Positions 36,640 to 49,039 of a stretch of DNA of 64,000 nucleotides are shown one piece after another. The DNA lies in contig NC_086097.1 in assembly GCF_963921235.1 (NCBI RefSeq), positions 240,190,001 through 240,254,000 on the forward strand. The letters are read 5' to 3'. The position numbers and the translations under genes are program-made. This DNA comes from Mobula hypostoma. Its lineage: Eukaryota. The notes beneath the pieces are model-generated. The model made no database searches. It saw only the letters and a program-made list of their open reading frames with translations, and had not been told where the DNA came from. The number at the start of each line of letters is the position of its first letter. Position 1 is the first letter of the stretch.

Positions 36640-37330
36640 GAACTAACTTTGACATCAAGGCAGCATTTGGTTGAGTATGACATCAAGAAGCCTTGCCTAA
36701 ACTGGTGTCTTTGGGAAACAGGGAGGAACCCCGCCACTGGTTAATAACAAAGGAAGATATTTGTGGTGACTGAAGGTCAATTACCTCAGCAACAGGACAT
36801 CTCTGCAGGAGCTCTTGTGTGTTATTCATTTATTTTTGTTGTTTGCGCAATTTGTTCTTTTTCTTGCTGTTGGATGTTTGATTTTTTTTTGAATGGGTTC
36901 CCTGTGTTTCTTTGTTTTATGGTAGTCCGCACTTTGACAATAAATGTACTTTGAATCTTCTTGAATCTTCGTGTTCCTCAGGGTACCATCCTAAGTGCTA
37001 CCTCCAGCTGTTTCGTCAGTGATCTTCTTTCATCTGCAGGCTCAGAAGTAGTGATGCTCACCAGTGATAGCACAACGCTCAACTCTGTTTCTGACTCCTC
37101 CGATCATAAAGCAATCTACACCCAAATCCAGCAAGATCAGGAGAATATCCAGGCCGGAGCTGAGCGGTGGCAAGTAACATTCTTATCACACAAGTGCCAG
37201 ACACTGTAGATATCCAACAGGAGAAAATCCAGCAATGAGACCCTTACATTCAGTGGCATCGCCATCACTAAATCAAGATGCTGTTGACTAGAATCTGAAC
37301 TGGAGTAGCCATATGCACAAGGGGACACCA
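36640..37330 (+). mobile_element. Old CR1-group RT fragment with an inserted LINE 3' tip (~36813-36970)
   Basis: DIKAAF..V.HQ.AL.KL, then SAG|VPQG.IL across the insert, and WQVTF..HKCQ. Confidence 0.65.
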
Positions 37331-37333
37331 CAG

Positions 37334-38170
37334 TAAGTCAAGTCAAGTCAAGTCAAGTTACTTTTTATTGTCATTTCAACCATAACTGCTGGTACAGTAC
37401 ACAGTAAAAACGAGACAACGTTTTTCAGGACCATGGTGCAACATGAAACGATACAAAAACTACACTGAACTTCGTAAAACAACACAAAAATAAAACTAGA
37501 CTACAGACCTACCCAGGACTGCATAAAGTGCATGAAACAGTGCAGACATTACAATAAATAATAAACAAGACAATAGGCACAGTAGAGGGCAGTAGGTTGG
37601 TGTCAGTCCAGGCTCTGGGTATTGAGGAGTCTGATGGCCTGGGGGAAGACGTTGTTAAGCCATCAGTTCAAAGTTAATTTATTATCGCAGTATACATAAA
37701 TGTCACCATATAAAACCCTGAGATTCATTTTCTTGTGAGCGTACTCAATGAATCTACAATAGAATAATAATCATAATAGAATCAATGAAAGTCTGTCTCA
37801 ACTTGAGCATTCAACCAGTATGTAAAGGACAGAAAATTACAAATACAAAAAGAAATAAATAATAATAATAAATAAATGAACAATAAATATTGATAACATT
37901 AGATAAAGAGACCTTGAAAGTGAGTCCGTAGGTTGTGGGAATATTTCAGTGATTGGACAAATGAAGTAGAGTGAAGTTATTCTCTTTGGTTCAAGAGCCT
38001 GATGGTTGAGGGGTGATATCTGTTCCTGAACCTGGTGGTGCAAGACCTGAATCTCCTGTAACTTCTTCCCAATGGCAGCAGCTCGGTGATGGGAGTCCCT
38101 GATAATAGATGCTGCTTTCCTGTGACAAAACTTCATGCAGATGTGCTCAATGGTTGAGAAGGCTTTACCA
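37334..38170 (-). mobile_element. Two consecutive Rex1-type 3' fragments ((TTGAC)n-tailed 37334-37650; (TTTGAAC)-tailed 37665-38170)
   Basis: FPQAIRLLN near 37620-37650. KAASIIRD...FRNRYHPSTIRLLN near 37990-38130. Distinct tails. Confidence 0.8.
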
Positions 38171-38171
38171 G

Positions 38172-39232
38172 ATAGGAGGGAGATTGAAATTCTGGCTGAG
38201 TGGTACCTCAGCAACAGCTCTCACTTAATATCAGCAAAACTGAAGAGCTTATTGACTACAGGAGGAGGAAACCAGAGACCCATGAGTCAGACCTCATCAG
38301 GGGATCAGAGATGGACAGGGACAGTAACTTTAAATTCCTGGGTGATATCGTATTAGTGGATCTGTCTTTGGACCAGCACATAACTGCTATTTCAAAGATG
38401 GCACAGCAGTGCCTCTACTTTCTCAGATGTTTGCGCAGATTTGGCGTATCATCTACAGTAAAACTTTGACAATCTTCTATAGATGCATAGTGTGGAGTAT
38501 CCTGGCTGGTTGCAACATGTCCTGGTATGGAAACGCAAATACAAATTCATGGAAAAACATACAAAAGTAGTGAATAGAGTCATCATTAAGGATCCTCGCC
38601 ACCTCTTCTCATTGCTACCATCAGGATATAGGAGCCTAAAGACAAGTATTCAAAGTTTTAAGAACAATTTCTTACCAATTACCATCAAATTTCAGAACCG
38701 GTCCATGAACCCATGAACGCTGTAGCAGCTAAAACGAAACCAAGATCTAAACAATCGCTACCAGCTGGCAACCACCACGGGGTTGTTAAACTTGCATGAT
38801 GCACCCTCAGCTCCAACGAAGTGATTCTTCTAAAGAGTCAAATTCCTTATTTTGATCCTTTATTAGCAATTAGCAAACATAAAACCTTGAGATGATATTA
38901 AGTGGTCGGCAAAGATATGACCTCCGCTGATCCCAAGCCAGAAACTGCCATGAAATAAGCAAGAATACGTAACTTATTCCCTTCACTTTTCCCATGCTCC
39001 CAGTCACTAGTTACCATAATAAACATAATAAGCACACAACACAGAATATAAAGCAGATAGAGAACACATACATGTCTCCTATAAATGCTGCCTCATTTTT
39101 TGCTCTACTTATTTTTTTTATTTCTTGTTGCAGCTTACTGTAATTTTTATATATTGTACTGTGCTGCTGCCATAAAACAACAAATTTCACAATATGCTGT
39201 ATGTCAGTGAAAATAAATCTGATTCTAATGCT
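38172..39232 (+). mobile_element. Rex1/Babar RT right part and 3' UTR, interrupted by a solo LTR
   Basis: RREIE.LAEW, LNISKTEELIDYRR, FKFLG, AQQCLYFLR.LRRFG and FKNNFLP.TIK motifs. 3' UTR resumes at 39084 and ends AATAAATCTGATTCT. Confidence 0.85.
38721..39083 (-). mobile_element. Solo LTR with 5-bp TSD
   Basis: TGTAG...CTATA termini (CTACA with one change). Flanks AACGC (38716-38720) / AATGC (39084-39088). Minus-strand AATAAA at ~38860. Host Rex1 is continuous across it. Confidence 0.7.
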
Positions 39233-40109
39233 GAACTATTAGTATTGAGTTGCATATGAGCGGAATATAGTCCTGTTAATGTTTGTGGCTTCAAGAGAAA
39301 TAAAAATTATTCAGAATTAGAGGGCAGTAACAGTCCTTCCACTGCCACAAAAGCTTCACACCCAATGAATTACAAGCATTTCATGAATGAACGACCACCT
39401 GGACTTTCCCCGCAAACGATTGTTCCCACTTATTCTTGGGGGTTGTGATTCCAGCCAGAACCTACCCAGCTGCGAATTGCTCATGCTGCTGTTGACCATT
39501 TCACACAAGTAAATTTGTAATTCCTTTTGAGCTCCACATGTGGAATCTTTACTTTGGCAGCAAAGTTCTTATTAAGATGTCAATTTCTCCTCCAGGATAA
39601 ACACATAATCTCGACCATTATATGAAACAATTTCTCATCTAAATCACTCCATAAAAGTTTGGCCTCCAGGGTGGAAACAAAGTATTGAATTAAATTATCA
39701 GCTCAGCTGAGGGTCTTTTCTTAAATGAAATGCATATTTTTTACATGGCGACTAATATAGATTCTGTAAGCTTTAGATAGTGTGGCACAGTTTCTTTTTG
39801 TACCCTTGAATAAATTGGCTCTAGTCCAGGCATCACCATCTGGATATTTTCGAATATGGAACCCCAGGCCAAATCTTTCTCTGTTAAACTGTGAAATTTT
39901 CTCTAATTACATGCGTCCAACTATAACGTCCATCAGCTGTTGATACAGCTGAAGCTTCCAATGATAAATAAGACATTAATCATTAGACTTATTTTATTTC
40001 CACTTATTTTCTGAAACTAAAAAGTTAGTAATGCACTGCTGGTACAAACAAGAGAAAGCCTTAACTTTAGCTTATAAAACACATTTCCAGTTTTCTTTTG
40101 TTCATCTCA

Positions 40110-40295
40110 AGTGCACTAAAAGCATTCAAATATTTTGAAGGTCATCCCGACTATAAATTAGGAGATGGAGCAGCCAACCTGCACAGCCCCACAAACAGCA
40201 CATTGCTTTTGATGTTTGTGGACACTTATACATGGTTCAGAAGACTGGGGGTGGCTCTCTTGATGTTCACCACTCTGGCACCATAGAATGTTTGC
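40110..40295 (-). mobile_element. Ancient DeuSINE 3' relic (a similar plus-strand piece lies at ~32245-32345)
   Basis: TATTTTGAAG.TCA...TAGGAGATGGAGCAGCCAA.CTGCACAG.CCCACAAACAGCA resembles the antisense of the SacSINE1/AmnSINE1 3' half. Confidence 0.45.
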
Positions 40296-40297
40296 TG

Positions 40298-40878
40298 TTC
40301 AAAGTTTAAAGTTCAAAATAAATTTATTATCAAAGTACATATATATACTTCATATACTGCCCTGAGATGAATTTCCTTGTGGACATTCACAGTAGATACA
40401 CAGTAGATACAACGTAAGCAATGCAAAGCTACACACAAAGATGGACAAAACAGCCAATGTGTAAATTAAGACAAAGAGTGTAAAGGGAAAAAGAAAGAAT
40501 AATAAATAAATAAGTAAATAATACATAATATTGAGAACATAAGTTGTAGATTCCTTAAAAATGTCTCCATAGGTTGTGTAATCAGTTCAGCATTGAGGTG
40601 AGTGAAGTTATACACTCTGGTTCAGGAGCCTGATGGTTGAAATGTAATAACTGTTCCTGAAACAGCTGGTGTGGGACCTACGACTCTTGTGCCGTCTTCC
40701 TGATGGCAGCACTGAGAAGAGAGCATGGTCTGGATGGTGGAGGCTGCTTTCTTCTGCCAACACAACTCGTAAATGTGCTCCATAATGAGGAGGACTTTGC
40801 CTCTGATGGACTGGGCTGTATCCACCTCTTTCCGTAGGATTTTTCGTTCTTGGGCATTGGTGTTTCCATACCAGATAA
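40298..40878 (-). mobile_element. Rex1-type 3' fragment
   Basis: WYGNTNAQERK.L...VDTAQSI, HPDHALFSVLPSGRR and FRNSYYISTIRLLN. (TTTGAAC)-type tail. Confidence 0.9.
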
Positions 40879-41099
40879 TCAAGAGTTAAGGAAAAGGAAC
40901 TCAAATTGACAGTGTTGAGAGAGTAGGATCCCAAAGATGGCTAAAAAGCTCAGGGGTGATGGCATTTGAATTCAGCACAGGACAGGATGATGGGAGTCTG
41001 CAGGCTAGGAGGTTAGGGCTCCTTGTGCACTTCCTCACCTTAACTCTGTAACTTCTCTGGGTTCGCTCGAATTCCTGCTTCCCCTGTCGATGAAAATGA

Positions 41100-41612
41100 G
41101 TCCCACAGAATGTAGCGGATACAGCCCAGACCACCATCAGTAAAGCCTTTCCAGCCATTTAGCACACCTACATGGAGTGCTGTCGCAGGAGAGCAGCATC
41201 CGTCATCGAGGACCCCCGCCATCCAGGTCATGCTTTCCTCTTGCTGATGCCATCAGGTAAAAGGTACAAGAATCTCAGGACTCACACCGCCAGATTCAAG
41301 AACAGCTACTACCTCACAATCATTAGGCTCTTGAACAAAAGAGTACAACTAAACTCACTTGCCCATCCACTGGGATATTCACACAAGCAATGATCTTACT
41401 TTAAAGTCCCATTTTCTTGTTATTTATTTCTATTTATTTATATTTGCTTTTGCACAGTTTGTTGTCTTCTGCACTCTAGCTGATCTTTCATTGATTCTGT
41501 AATAGTTACTATTCTATGAACTTGCCGAATATCCCTACAACAAAATAAATCTCAGACTTGTATATTGTGACAATTAGGTACCTTGCTAGTAAAATTTACT
41601 TTGAACTTTAAA
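41100..41612 (+). mobile_element. Rex1-type 3' fragment
   Basis: ORF 41172-41393 (AASVIEDPRHPGHA....PSGKRY...FKNSYYLTIIRLLN). Tail ACTTTGAACTTTAAACTTT. Confidence 0.9.
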
Positions 41613-41789
41613 CTTTTGTCCAGTATTAAACTTAATCCACAGGGTGGTATGAATGCTGCTGTCTGGGATATGTGGTGCTGTACATATACCACCTCTGTGC
41701 CCCGAATGAGCACCTTGCCCACGCTGGTCGCTGTATTAAGAGGACAAGCACAGAGGCAAAAAAGTTTTGGATGATAGCCCTTCCCTCTC

Positions 41790-42030
41790 CCTGGAATAGG
41801 GGAGGGAGATGTCAAAGGTAGATTTTTCACACAGAGAATGGTGGGTGCATGGAACCCATTGCCAGGGGTGGTGGTAGAGGCAGATACATTCGGGACATTT
41901 AAGAGCTCTTAGCTAGGTATGTGGATGATATAAAAATAAAGAGTTGGTGTATGTGGAAGGGGAGGATTAAAAGGTCGGCACAACATTATGGTGGAAGGGT
42001 CTGCCCTGTATTGTAATGTTCCATTTCCAT
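41790..42030 (+). mobile_element. Decayed CR1 3' fragment
   Basis: FFTQRMVGAWNPLP.VVVEADT..TFK motif. Confidence 0.7.
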
Positions 42031-44631
42031 GCGATAGAGAAATTGTCAAGAGTTGGAATTAGTAAAATTTTCTCTGATAGGACGCTGTTATAGACATGGT
42101 GGATCAAGTGACTTCCAGTGGTGAAATCATCCAAAGTTTCTGGTTTTACAAACTTGGCTCCTATTGCCTATGTTGGAAACCACTGTTTTTCAAAATAATA
42201 CTTTTTTATAAGATTAGTACTTTTTAACAAACATGTAATTTTCACAGTATGTGGTGGCTGATCCTTGTTTACTGGCAGAAAGTTGTATAGCATCTAAGCT
42301 AACAGTTTATCACCTTTCTCATCTTTTATTGTCTAAGTATTCGCATATTACCTATGTGATGTAATTGTTTTCGTTATGTAGCCTATTAGCTAGTTTATTC
42401 CTATCTAAGCAATGTCTTATCTTATTTATAAAAGTGATGGATTTTTCAAAGGCTCCATCTTGGCTTCTTTATTCTTTGTCTTTGCGTCCATACACCTCCT
42501 CACATTGTTTCTTGGCTGTTTATTTAGTTTGTTTATTATTTGTAAGTTTGTTTGTACTCTAAAATAAACTGAAATCTTAGAATTAACTTTGTTTGCACTT
42601 CCTAACTCTCAGAAGAACCCTGAGAATCAGATATTAAACAGAGATCCAACTCTTACCTTCCATTTCGACTTAGTCTCACTTCCTTCTGAAACTGTTCTCT
42701 GGTTCCACTCCCACCTATACTGGCTTATATTTTTCAAACCTGCCAACAAGGGCACTGGGTGTGGGCCTTTTTAGGAAGCAACAGTCAAGATGGCACCTGC
42801 ATTCAATGCTCTCATAGTCAACATCTTCTGGATAGACCACAAAGCTATTTCACTTATTGTCTTTTTTAAAGACAATCTCTGAAGAGTGTTGATAACGACT
42901 GGGTTCACCCGTCTTGTAAAGTCACTGCCCAGTAGAAGGCAATAGCAAACCACTTCTGTAGAAAAATGTGCCAAGAGCAGTCATGACCACGAATAGAGAA
43001 AAGAATAAGACAACCACAGACAAAATTAAAGCTAGGTGGAAGACCATCTTTGCCCACATCATACAACATAGTACATAATAATGATGATAATATCTTGAAA
43101 CATGGTCTCAGTAAGATGCAGACTCAAAGATGTTTTTCTGTGATACAGGCTGTTGACTTGCCCCGAAACCCTGCTCCATGAGGGAGTATGAGCGGAATCC
43201 CAAAGTTTCAAGATGATGCTCCATTGTACCTACGGAACTCAGGGTCTGATTGTACCTTCACCCCTCGAGACTGCTCTTGAAAACTCTGTCAAGACACCAC
43301 CGAGTTCTTTTTTTACTTGACCCTCCAAACATTTTAGCTGAAGATCAAAGTAACTTATTACAGTATATGTTACCAGATTCTACCCTGGGATTAATTTTCT
43401 TGCAGGCATTCACTGTAGAACAAAGAAATACAATCAAATCAATGAGAAGCTACATTCAAAGACTGACAAACAACCATTGTTTAAAAGAAGACAAACTGTG
43501 TAAATACATTAAAAATAAGAAGAATAAATAAAGGAACAAACATAATTTCTGTTGTTTCTGAACTAGAGAATTACTACTCAGAAAATGTGTTATTTTATTC
43601 TGAGCATAGTGATTAAGGTAAAGTCTTTAGCATGTGGACTTCTTTTACAGCAGAGGTCTTTGACCATATTTGCTGTCCTCTCTTCGCCAACAGTTCAATG
43701 CATCTCTTAATGCAGACGTCCTTTGCAACTACAAAATTACTTACTGTGCAAATGCAATCTTACTGAGATACTCATGTTCACTCTTAATGATGTCCAAGTC
43801 TTTTAAGAGTTTTACATAGAGTTCACCATCCTTGTTAAGTACCCCAACAACTGCCTTCTCTCTCTCATCAAAATGACAGTTTCAGAGACCATCAGAATTT
43901 GCATGAACCCTGGTCAGAATCAACTCTTTTCATTTTAAACACTATTCAATATTAAAAATATTTTGGTTTAATGTTAATGTTGTAACTACACTCTCCCACT
44001 TGCAATACTTTTTAATGTGTCTCTGGGCTTCTTAGGTTATATAGTGGTCAATGCTTACCGCCAATAAAGAATCCCATAGCTTCCTCCACATTGTTGTTAT
44101 AAATAACACAAATATTAGAAATGTTCTGGGAGCTTCAATGTCTTTAAGATTAAAACGAATTATGGTTCAATAATTCCACCCTTTAAAACCAGCTTAATTA
44201 CAGACCATGGTCTGTGCCAGTGGTGTAGTGGCACCTGCACTGGATTTCAAATCCGGCTGGCTCCTTGCTAGCTTGAGTGTCGAGCTGGCAGCTCGACCTT
44301 GAAATCAGACAAATGATAAGGAAACAGCAAGGTTGCCATCAAATGCGCCTGAAGGCATGGGAAGGAACAGCAGACTATGACTTCAAAGGAAAATAAATGA
44401 GCTTCTAAGAATGCAGGTGAAATCTGTACATATTTCAAAGGCCATAAAGATGCTTAAGAGTAATGATAGCAACAGAGTTTTGTTTGATTCCCATAATACA
44501 CCTTTAACAAACCATTTTCTATATAAATTGCTTTATGTAGGCACAATTACTTTATGTACATAGAATCAGTCTATGTATACAAGCTAACCTTATGTAGGTA
44601 AAGTCACACTCAACAGTTACTTGTACATTGT

Positions 44632-44677
44632 AACACACACACAAAATGCTGAAAGAACTCAGCAGGTCCATTATGCA
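44632..44677 (-). mobile_element. 46-bp PLE terminal tip with 14-bp TSD
   Basis: AACACACACACAAAATGCTGAAAGAACTCAGCAGG flanked by TACTTGTACATTGT (44618-44631) / TACTTGTACCTTGT (44678-44691). Confidence 0.7.
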
Positions 44678-45246
44678 TACTTGTACCTTGTGTTTTAAAG
44701 GATTGTTTTAGTATGTTTTATGCTTATGTGTTGGCTCTGCGGTATCTGATCTTCAATCTTGAAATTTTAGATCCAAGAACGGCAATAACAAAATAAATTA
44801 TTTATCTGGTGCTGGTTTGCTCAAACTTTCAGTGATTTATCTTGTTGAGTTGTTGGTATGCCAGACAAATCATTGCAAATAGCATTGAAACAGTAACCTG
44901 CTCAATTAAGTTGTGTATTCTCTCACATTCTGGGATATGAGTACATGAAAATACAGCTTCTAACCCTATTTTCCACTCACTATTTATTCTTATGCTTCCA
45001 GGTTTGGAGATTAAAATAGATCTTAAACAGACCTTAGGAGGAATGAAATTTGAAAGTAGGTTTGAGCAGAGAGAAATTTAAATTTCAAAGCTGGTCAAAA
45101 TTTAAAATTAATGATTAGTCAACATTTACAAAACATAAATTAAGAATTAAATTGTTTGTTGCATCTGAAATGTTTGTAATTACAATATTAAGAGACTGTT
45201 CATCATCATCGTACTTGCACTAAAATCTTAAAAAGTTGTTGGTCCA

Positions 45247-45530
45247 GGCAGCACGGTAGTGTAGTGGTTAGCAGAATGTTTTATGGTACAGGTGGCACAG
45301 ATTCAATTCCCAGTACTGCCTGTAAGGAGTTTGTACGTTCTCTGGATGACCATGTGGGTTTCCTCCAGGACTTCTGGTTTCCCTCCACAGTCCAAAGGCA
45401 TACTGGTTGGTAGGTTAATTGGTCATTGTAAGTTGCCTTGTAATTAGGCTAAGGTTAAATCGGAGAATTGCTGAGTGGGGAGCCTCAAAGGGCTGAAGGG
45501 GCCTGTTCCATGCTGTATCTCAGTCAATAT
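45247..45530 (+). mobile_element. HE1-like V-SINE (type A), full length
   Basis: GGCAGCACGGTAGTGTAGTGGTTAGC A box, TTCAATTCCC B box, V core. 3' GGGCTGAAGGGGCCTGTTCCATGCTGTATCTC resembles CR1 3' ends in this window. Confidence 0.9.
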
Positions 45531-46189
45531 CAAGAATAATCTGATGCAGTTGACGGTCCAGGAGCTTTATATTACCCTATTCATCTCCTCCAATGATGTA
45601 GAAAGAAAACTTACAACCAACATTCATGATTGAATGATTAGCATGATTGAAGAAGTGGTGCCTTATACACAATATGTTTAGTTTGAGACTTGAATGAAGA
45701 TAATTCACTAAAGTTTTATGCATAGTTTTTCATCCAAGTCATATTTTTAGCATAATTATCTGGTTCTGTGATAGGTTGACCAAGTTCCTAAAGCAGAAAT
45801 CTCTCTTGGTAATTAATAATTCTTTGGCATTAATGCCCAAAAGATGTTCCCTGTTTGAGCGATTGTCTCACCCCATAAATAATTCAACCTTTGTTTTGCA
45901 GAGTTACAGCACAGGTTATGAATATTTCTCTCATATGGTTACCTACATATTTGGTTATGCAATGTTGTATGAACTTTAAATCATCTCTTAACTCTCTAGT
46001 GTGACCTGTAAGAAAAGCACACTCATCAAAGAAAAGAAATGTATTACTGGCCCTACAGTAAATAGCAAACAGTTGGCATCCAATGCCTTTACCTGAAAAA
46101 AGATGTTGTCCTTTGTACGTGCAGATATGGAGCCTATCATATTTTTCGGCACTTTTCCCACTTCTCCCCATTGCCTGCTGGTATCGAGC

Positions 46190-46712
46190 ATAGAACATAA
46201 AACAATACAACACAGTACAGGACCTTCAGCCCACTATGATGTGCCAACCCTTTCTCCTACTCCAGGATCAATCCAACCCATTCCTCCCACTATTTCTCTT
46301 TCAAACTACCCCCCCCCCCAATATTCCTGTCTAAGAGTCGCTTAAGTGTTCCTAGTATATCTGCCTCTACCAACACCCCCGGAAGAGTGTTCCAAGCACT
46401 CACCACTCTCTGTAAAAACTTATCGCTGACACATACCTCTCCCAGAATTTTCTTCCAATCACCTTAAAATGATGCCCCCTTGTATTAGCCATTTACACCC
46501 TGGAAGAAAGTCTCCGGCTGTCTGCTTGATCTATGCTTCCTATCATCTTATACACCTTTATCCAGTCACCTGTTATCCTCCTTTGCTCCAAAGGGAAAAG
46601 TCTTAGCTCACTCAACCGATGCTTATGAGACGTGTTTTCTAATCCAGGCAGTACACTCCTTAAAGCTTCCACATCTTCCTATAATAAAGCAACCAGAACT
46701 GAACGCAATATT
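46190..46712 (-). mobile_element. Decayed CR1 3' fragment (TTCTATG-tail family)
   Basis: CATAGAACATA tail. EYCVQFW and RRITGD motifs on the minus strand. Confidence 0.8.
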
Positions 46713-46824
46713 CAAGATGGCGCCTGTGTACAATGCTCCTTCAGTCGATATCTCCTGGATAGATCGTGAAACCATATCTTATGCTTCTTTTATGTCTTTT
46801 ACATTTGTTTTTTATCTTGAACTG

Positions 46825-48125
46825 AGCACCAAGACTGCTGCGGTCTAGGTTTTAAATGACATCCGCTTAAACCATGATGACGGTAAAATTTCAGTTTTGG
46901 TTCTACTGGATCTTTGTGCTGCTTTTGACACGGTTGACCGTGGCATGTTACAGGACAGACTGGAAAACTGGGTGGGAATTTCCGGTACAGTCCTAAAATT
47001 TACAGGACAGGGGCTATTTTGTATCAATTGGTAGCTACATATCTGACCAAACAAAAATGACATGTGGAATGACTCAAGGGTTCATACTAGAGCCTCTTCT
47101 GTTCAACATATACATGCTCCCTCTACCTCAAATCATGGTAAGCAACAAAATATCTTAGCATAATTATGCAAATAACATTCAGATTTATATAACGGTGATA
47201 TCAAGTGACTATGGTCTCATACAATCACTAAAAAACTGTATTGAACATATCACCGATTGGATAAGCCAAAATTTCCGCCAGTTAAACAAAGACCAATGCT
47301 TAGAAGTCAGTGCTCACTTAGGATCCTTGTTGTTACAGACCACAAAACAAGCCAGAAACCTTGGTGGTGTGATGGACGCCAACTTAAATTTTAACTGCCA
47401 CATTAAAACTATTACAAAGTTAGCCTACTACCATCTTGAAAATATAGTGAGAGTTAAAGGGCTTATGTCTCAGCAAATTCTAGAAAACTTATCCATGCAT
47501 TTATTTTTAGTAGGCTTGGCTACTGTAATGGTGTTTTTACAGATCTCTGTGTCAAAAATCCCTCAGACAGCGACAGCTCACTCAGAACTCTGCTGCTAGA
47601 GTCCTCAGTAAGACCAAGAAAATAGAACACATCACTCCAGTTTTCAGATCACTACACTGGCTTCCTGTCCACCAGAGGATTGACTTTAAAATATTACTGC
47701 TGGTTTATAAATCACTGAATGGTCTAGGGCCAAAATACATCTCCAATCTCTTGCTGCGTTGTGAACCTTGCCGAGCTCTCAGGTCGTCTGGGAGGGATCT
47801 GCTTACCGTCCCCAGGCTCAAAACGAAACATGCTGAAGCAGCTTTTAGTTACTGTGCTCCATATATCTGGAATAACCTTCCAGAGGATCTGAAGTCTGCC
47901 CCAACTTTAAGCTCCTTTAAATTGAGGCTTAAAACTTTCCTTTTCGCTGGAGCTTTTAATTAGAATCTCCTGCACTGTAACTTTTACCTCTTTATTTTTA
48001 TGTGTGATTTTATTCTCTTTATATTGTCCGAAACTTGATGTTTGAATTTTATATCTTGCACTTTGAACTGCCTTGTGTTTGAAAAGTGCTCTACAAGTAA
48101 TCTTGCCTTGCCTTGCCTTGCCTTG
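46825..48125 (+). mobile_element. L2-clade LINE, RT to 3' end with (CCTTG)n tail
   Basis: VLNDI, VLVLLDL.AAFDTVD, ARNLG.VMD.NL.F..HI, HITPVF.SLHWLPV.QRIDFKILLL.YKSL.G and AFSY.AP.IWN.LP. Tail CTTGCCTTGCCTTGCCTTG. Confidence 0.9.
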
Positions 48126-48509
48126 AATGTGGCTCTGGAACTGTTGCAGCCTGTGGTTTGCAGCTTGGAGATAATTTGGTCATTTTGGTGCTCTATAGTC
48201 TCCAAGGGGATTCTGGGAGGCAGAGGCAGAGTGCAGAAACATCATGGCGAGACAGTTGCAAACCAATGTTCAAATCCATTTCACCAATTAAAGCAATGAG
48301 GGAGATTGAAATGCTGGCTGCCTAACTTTTTATCAATCTACTAAGCAAAGGGGAAACTGCCTTTTTATCACTAGCGAGATTAACCTGCAACAGAGAGGGG
48401 TGTCTGCCGTGTTATCACAAGTGAGATCACTGTGCCATGGAGAGGGAGAATATTGCCAAGGTTTTCTGAATTTTGGATGTGGACTTTTTCAGACATGGGT
48501 TTTTTTTTG

Positions 48510-48991
48510 TAGCAATACACACAAAATGCTGGTGGAATGCAGCAGACCAAGCAGCATCCATAGGAAGAAGCACAGTCGAAGTTTCGGGCCGAGACCCTTC
48601 GTCAGGACTAACTGAAAGAAGTGATAGTAAGAGATTTGAAAGTGGGAGGGGGAGGGGAGATTCAAAATGATAGGAGGAGACAGGAGGGGGAGGGATAGAG
48701 CCAAGAGCTGGAAAGTTGATTAGCAAAAGGGATACAAGGCTGGAGAAGGGAGAGGATCGTGGGACGAGAAGCCTAGGGAGAAGGAAAGGGGGAGGGGAGC
48801 ACCAGAGGAAGATGGAGAGCAGGCAAGGAGTTATTGTGAGAGGAATAGAGAGAGAGAAAAAAAAGGAAAAATAATAAATAAATAAATAAATAAATAATAT
48901 AAATTTAAATATATATATATAAGGGATGGGTTAAGATAATGCCCCTCCTCCCCTTCTTACTACATCCCTTATTTATTTATTTATTATTTTT

Positions 48992-49039
<48 letters not shown>

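Noticed and set aside
41039..41083. 45-nt minus-strand exon-like segment (CAG|GGGAAG...AAG|GTGAGG)
   Set aside because: The polypyrimidine tract is short, a Rex1 fragment starts ~15 nt upstream, and the strand is opposite to the better candidate. Cannot be distinguished from a pseudo-exon.
44215..44370. Possible tRNA gene (TGGTGTAGTGG...TTCAAATCC); also the SINE heads at 25810 and 45247
   Set aside because: A/B-box-like motifs are present but there is no cloverleaf. Better explained as decayed tRNA-derived SINE heads.
45002..45055. 54-nt plus-strand exon-like segment (GLEIKIDLKQTLGGMKFE)
   Set aside because: Good acceptor but a weak donor context (AAA|GTAGGT), AT-rich composition, and a phase incompatible with 33901-33951. 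Such matches are expected by chance.
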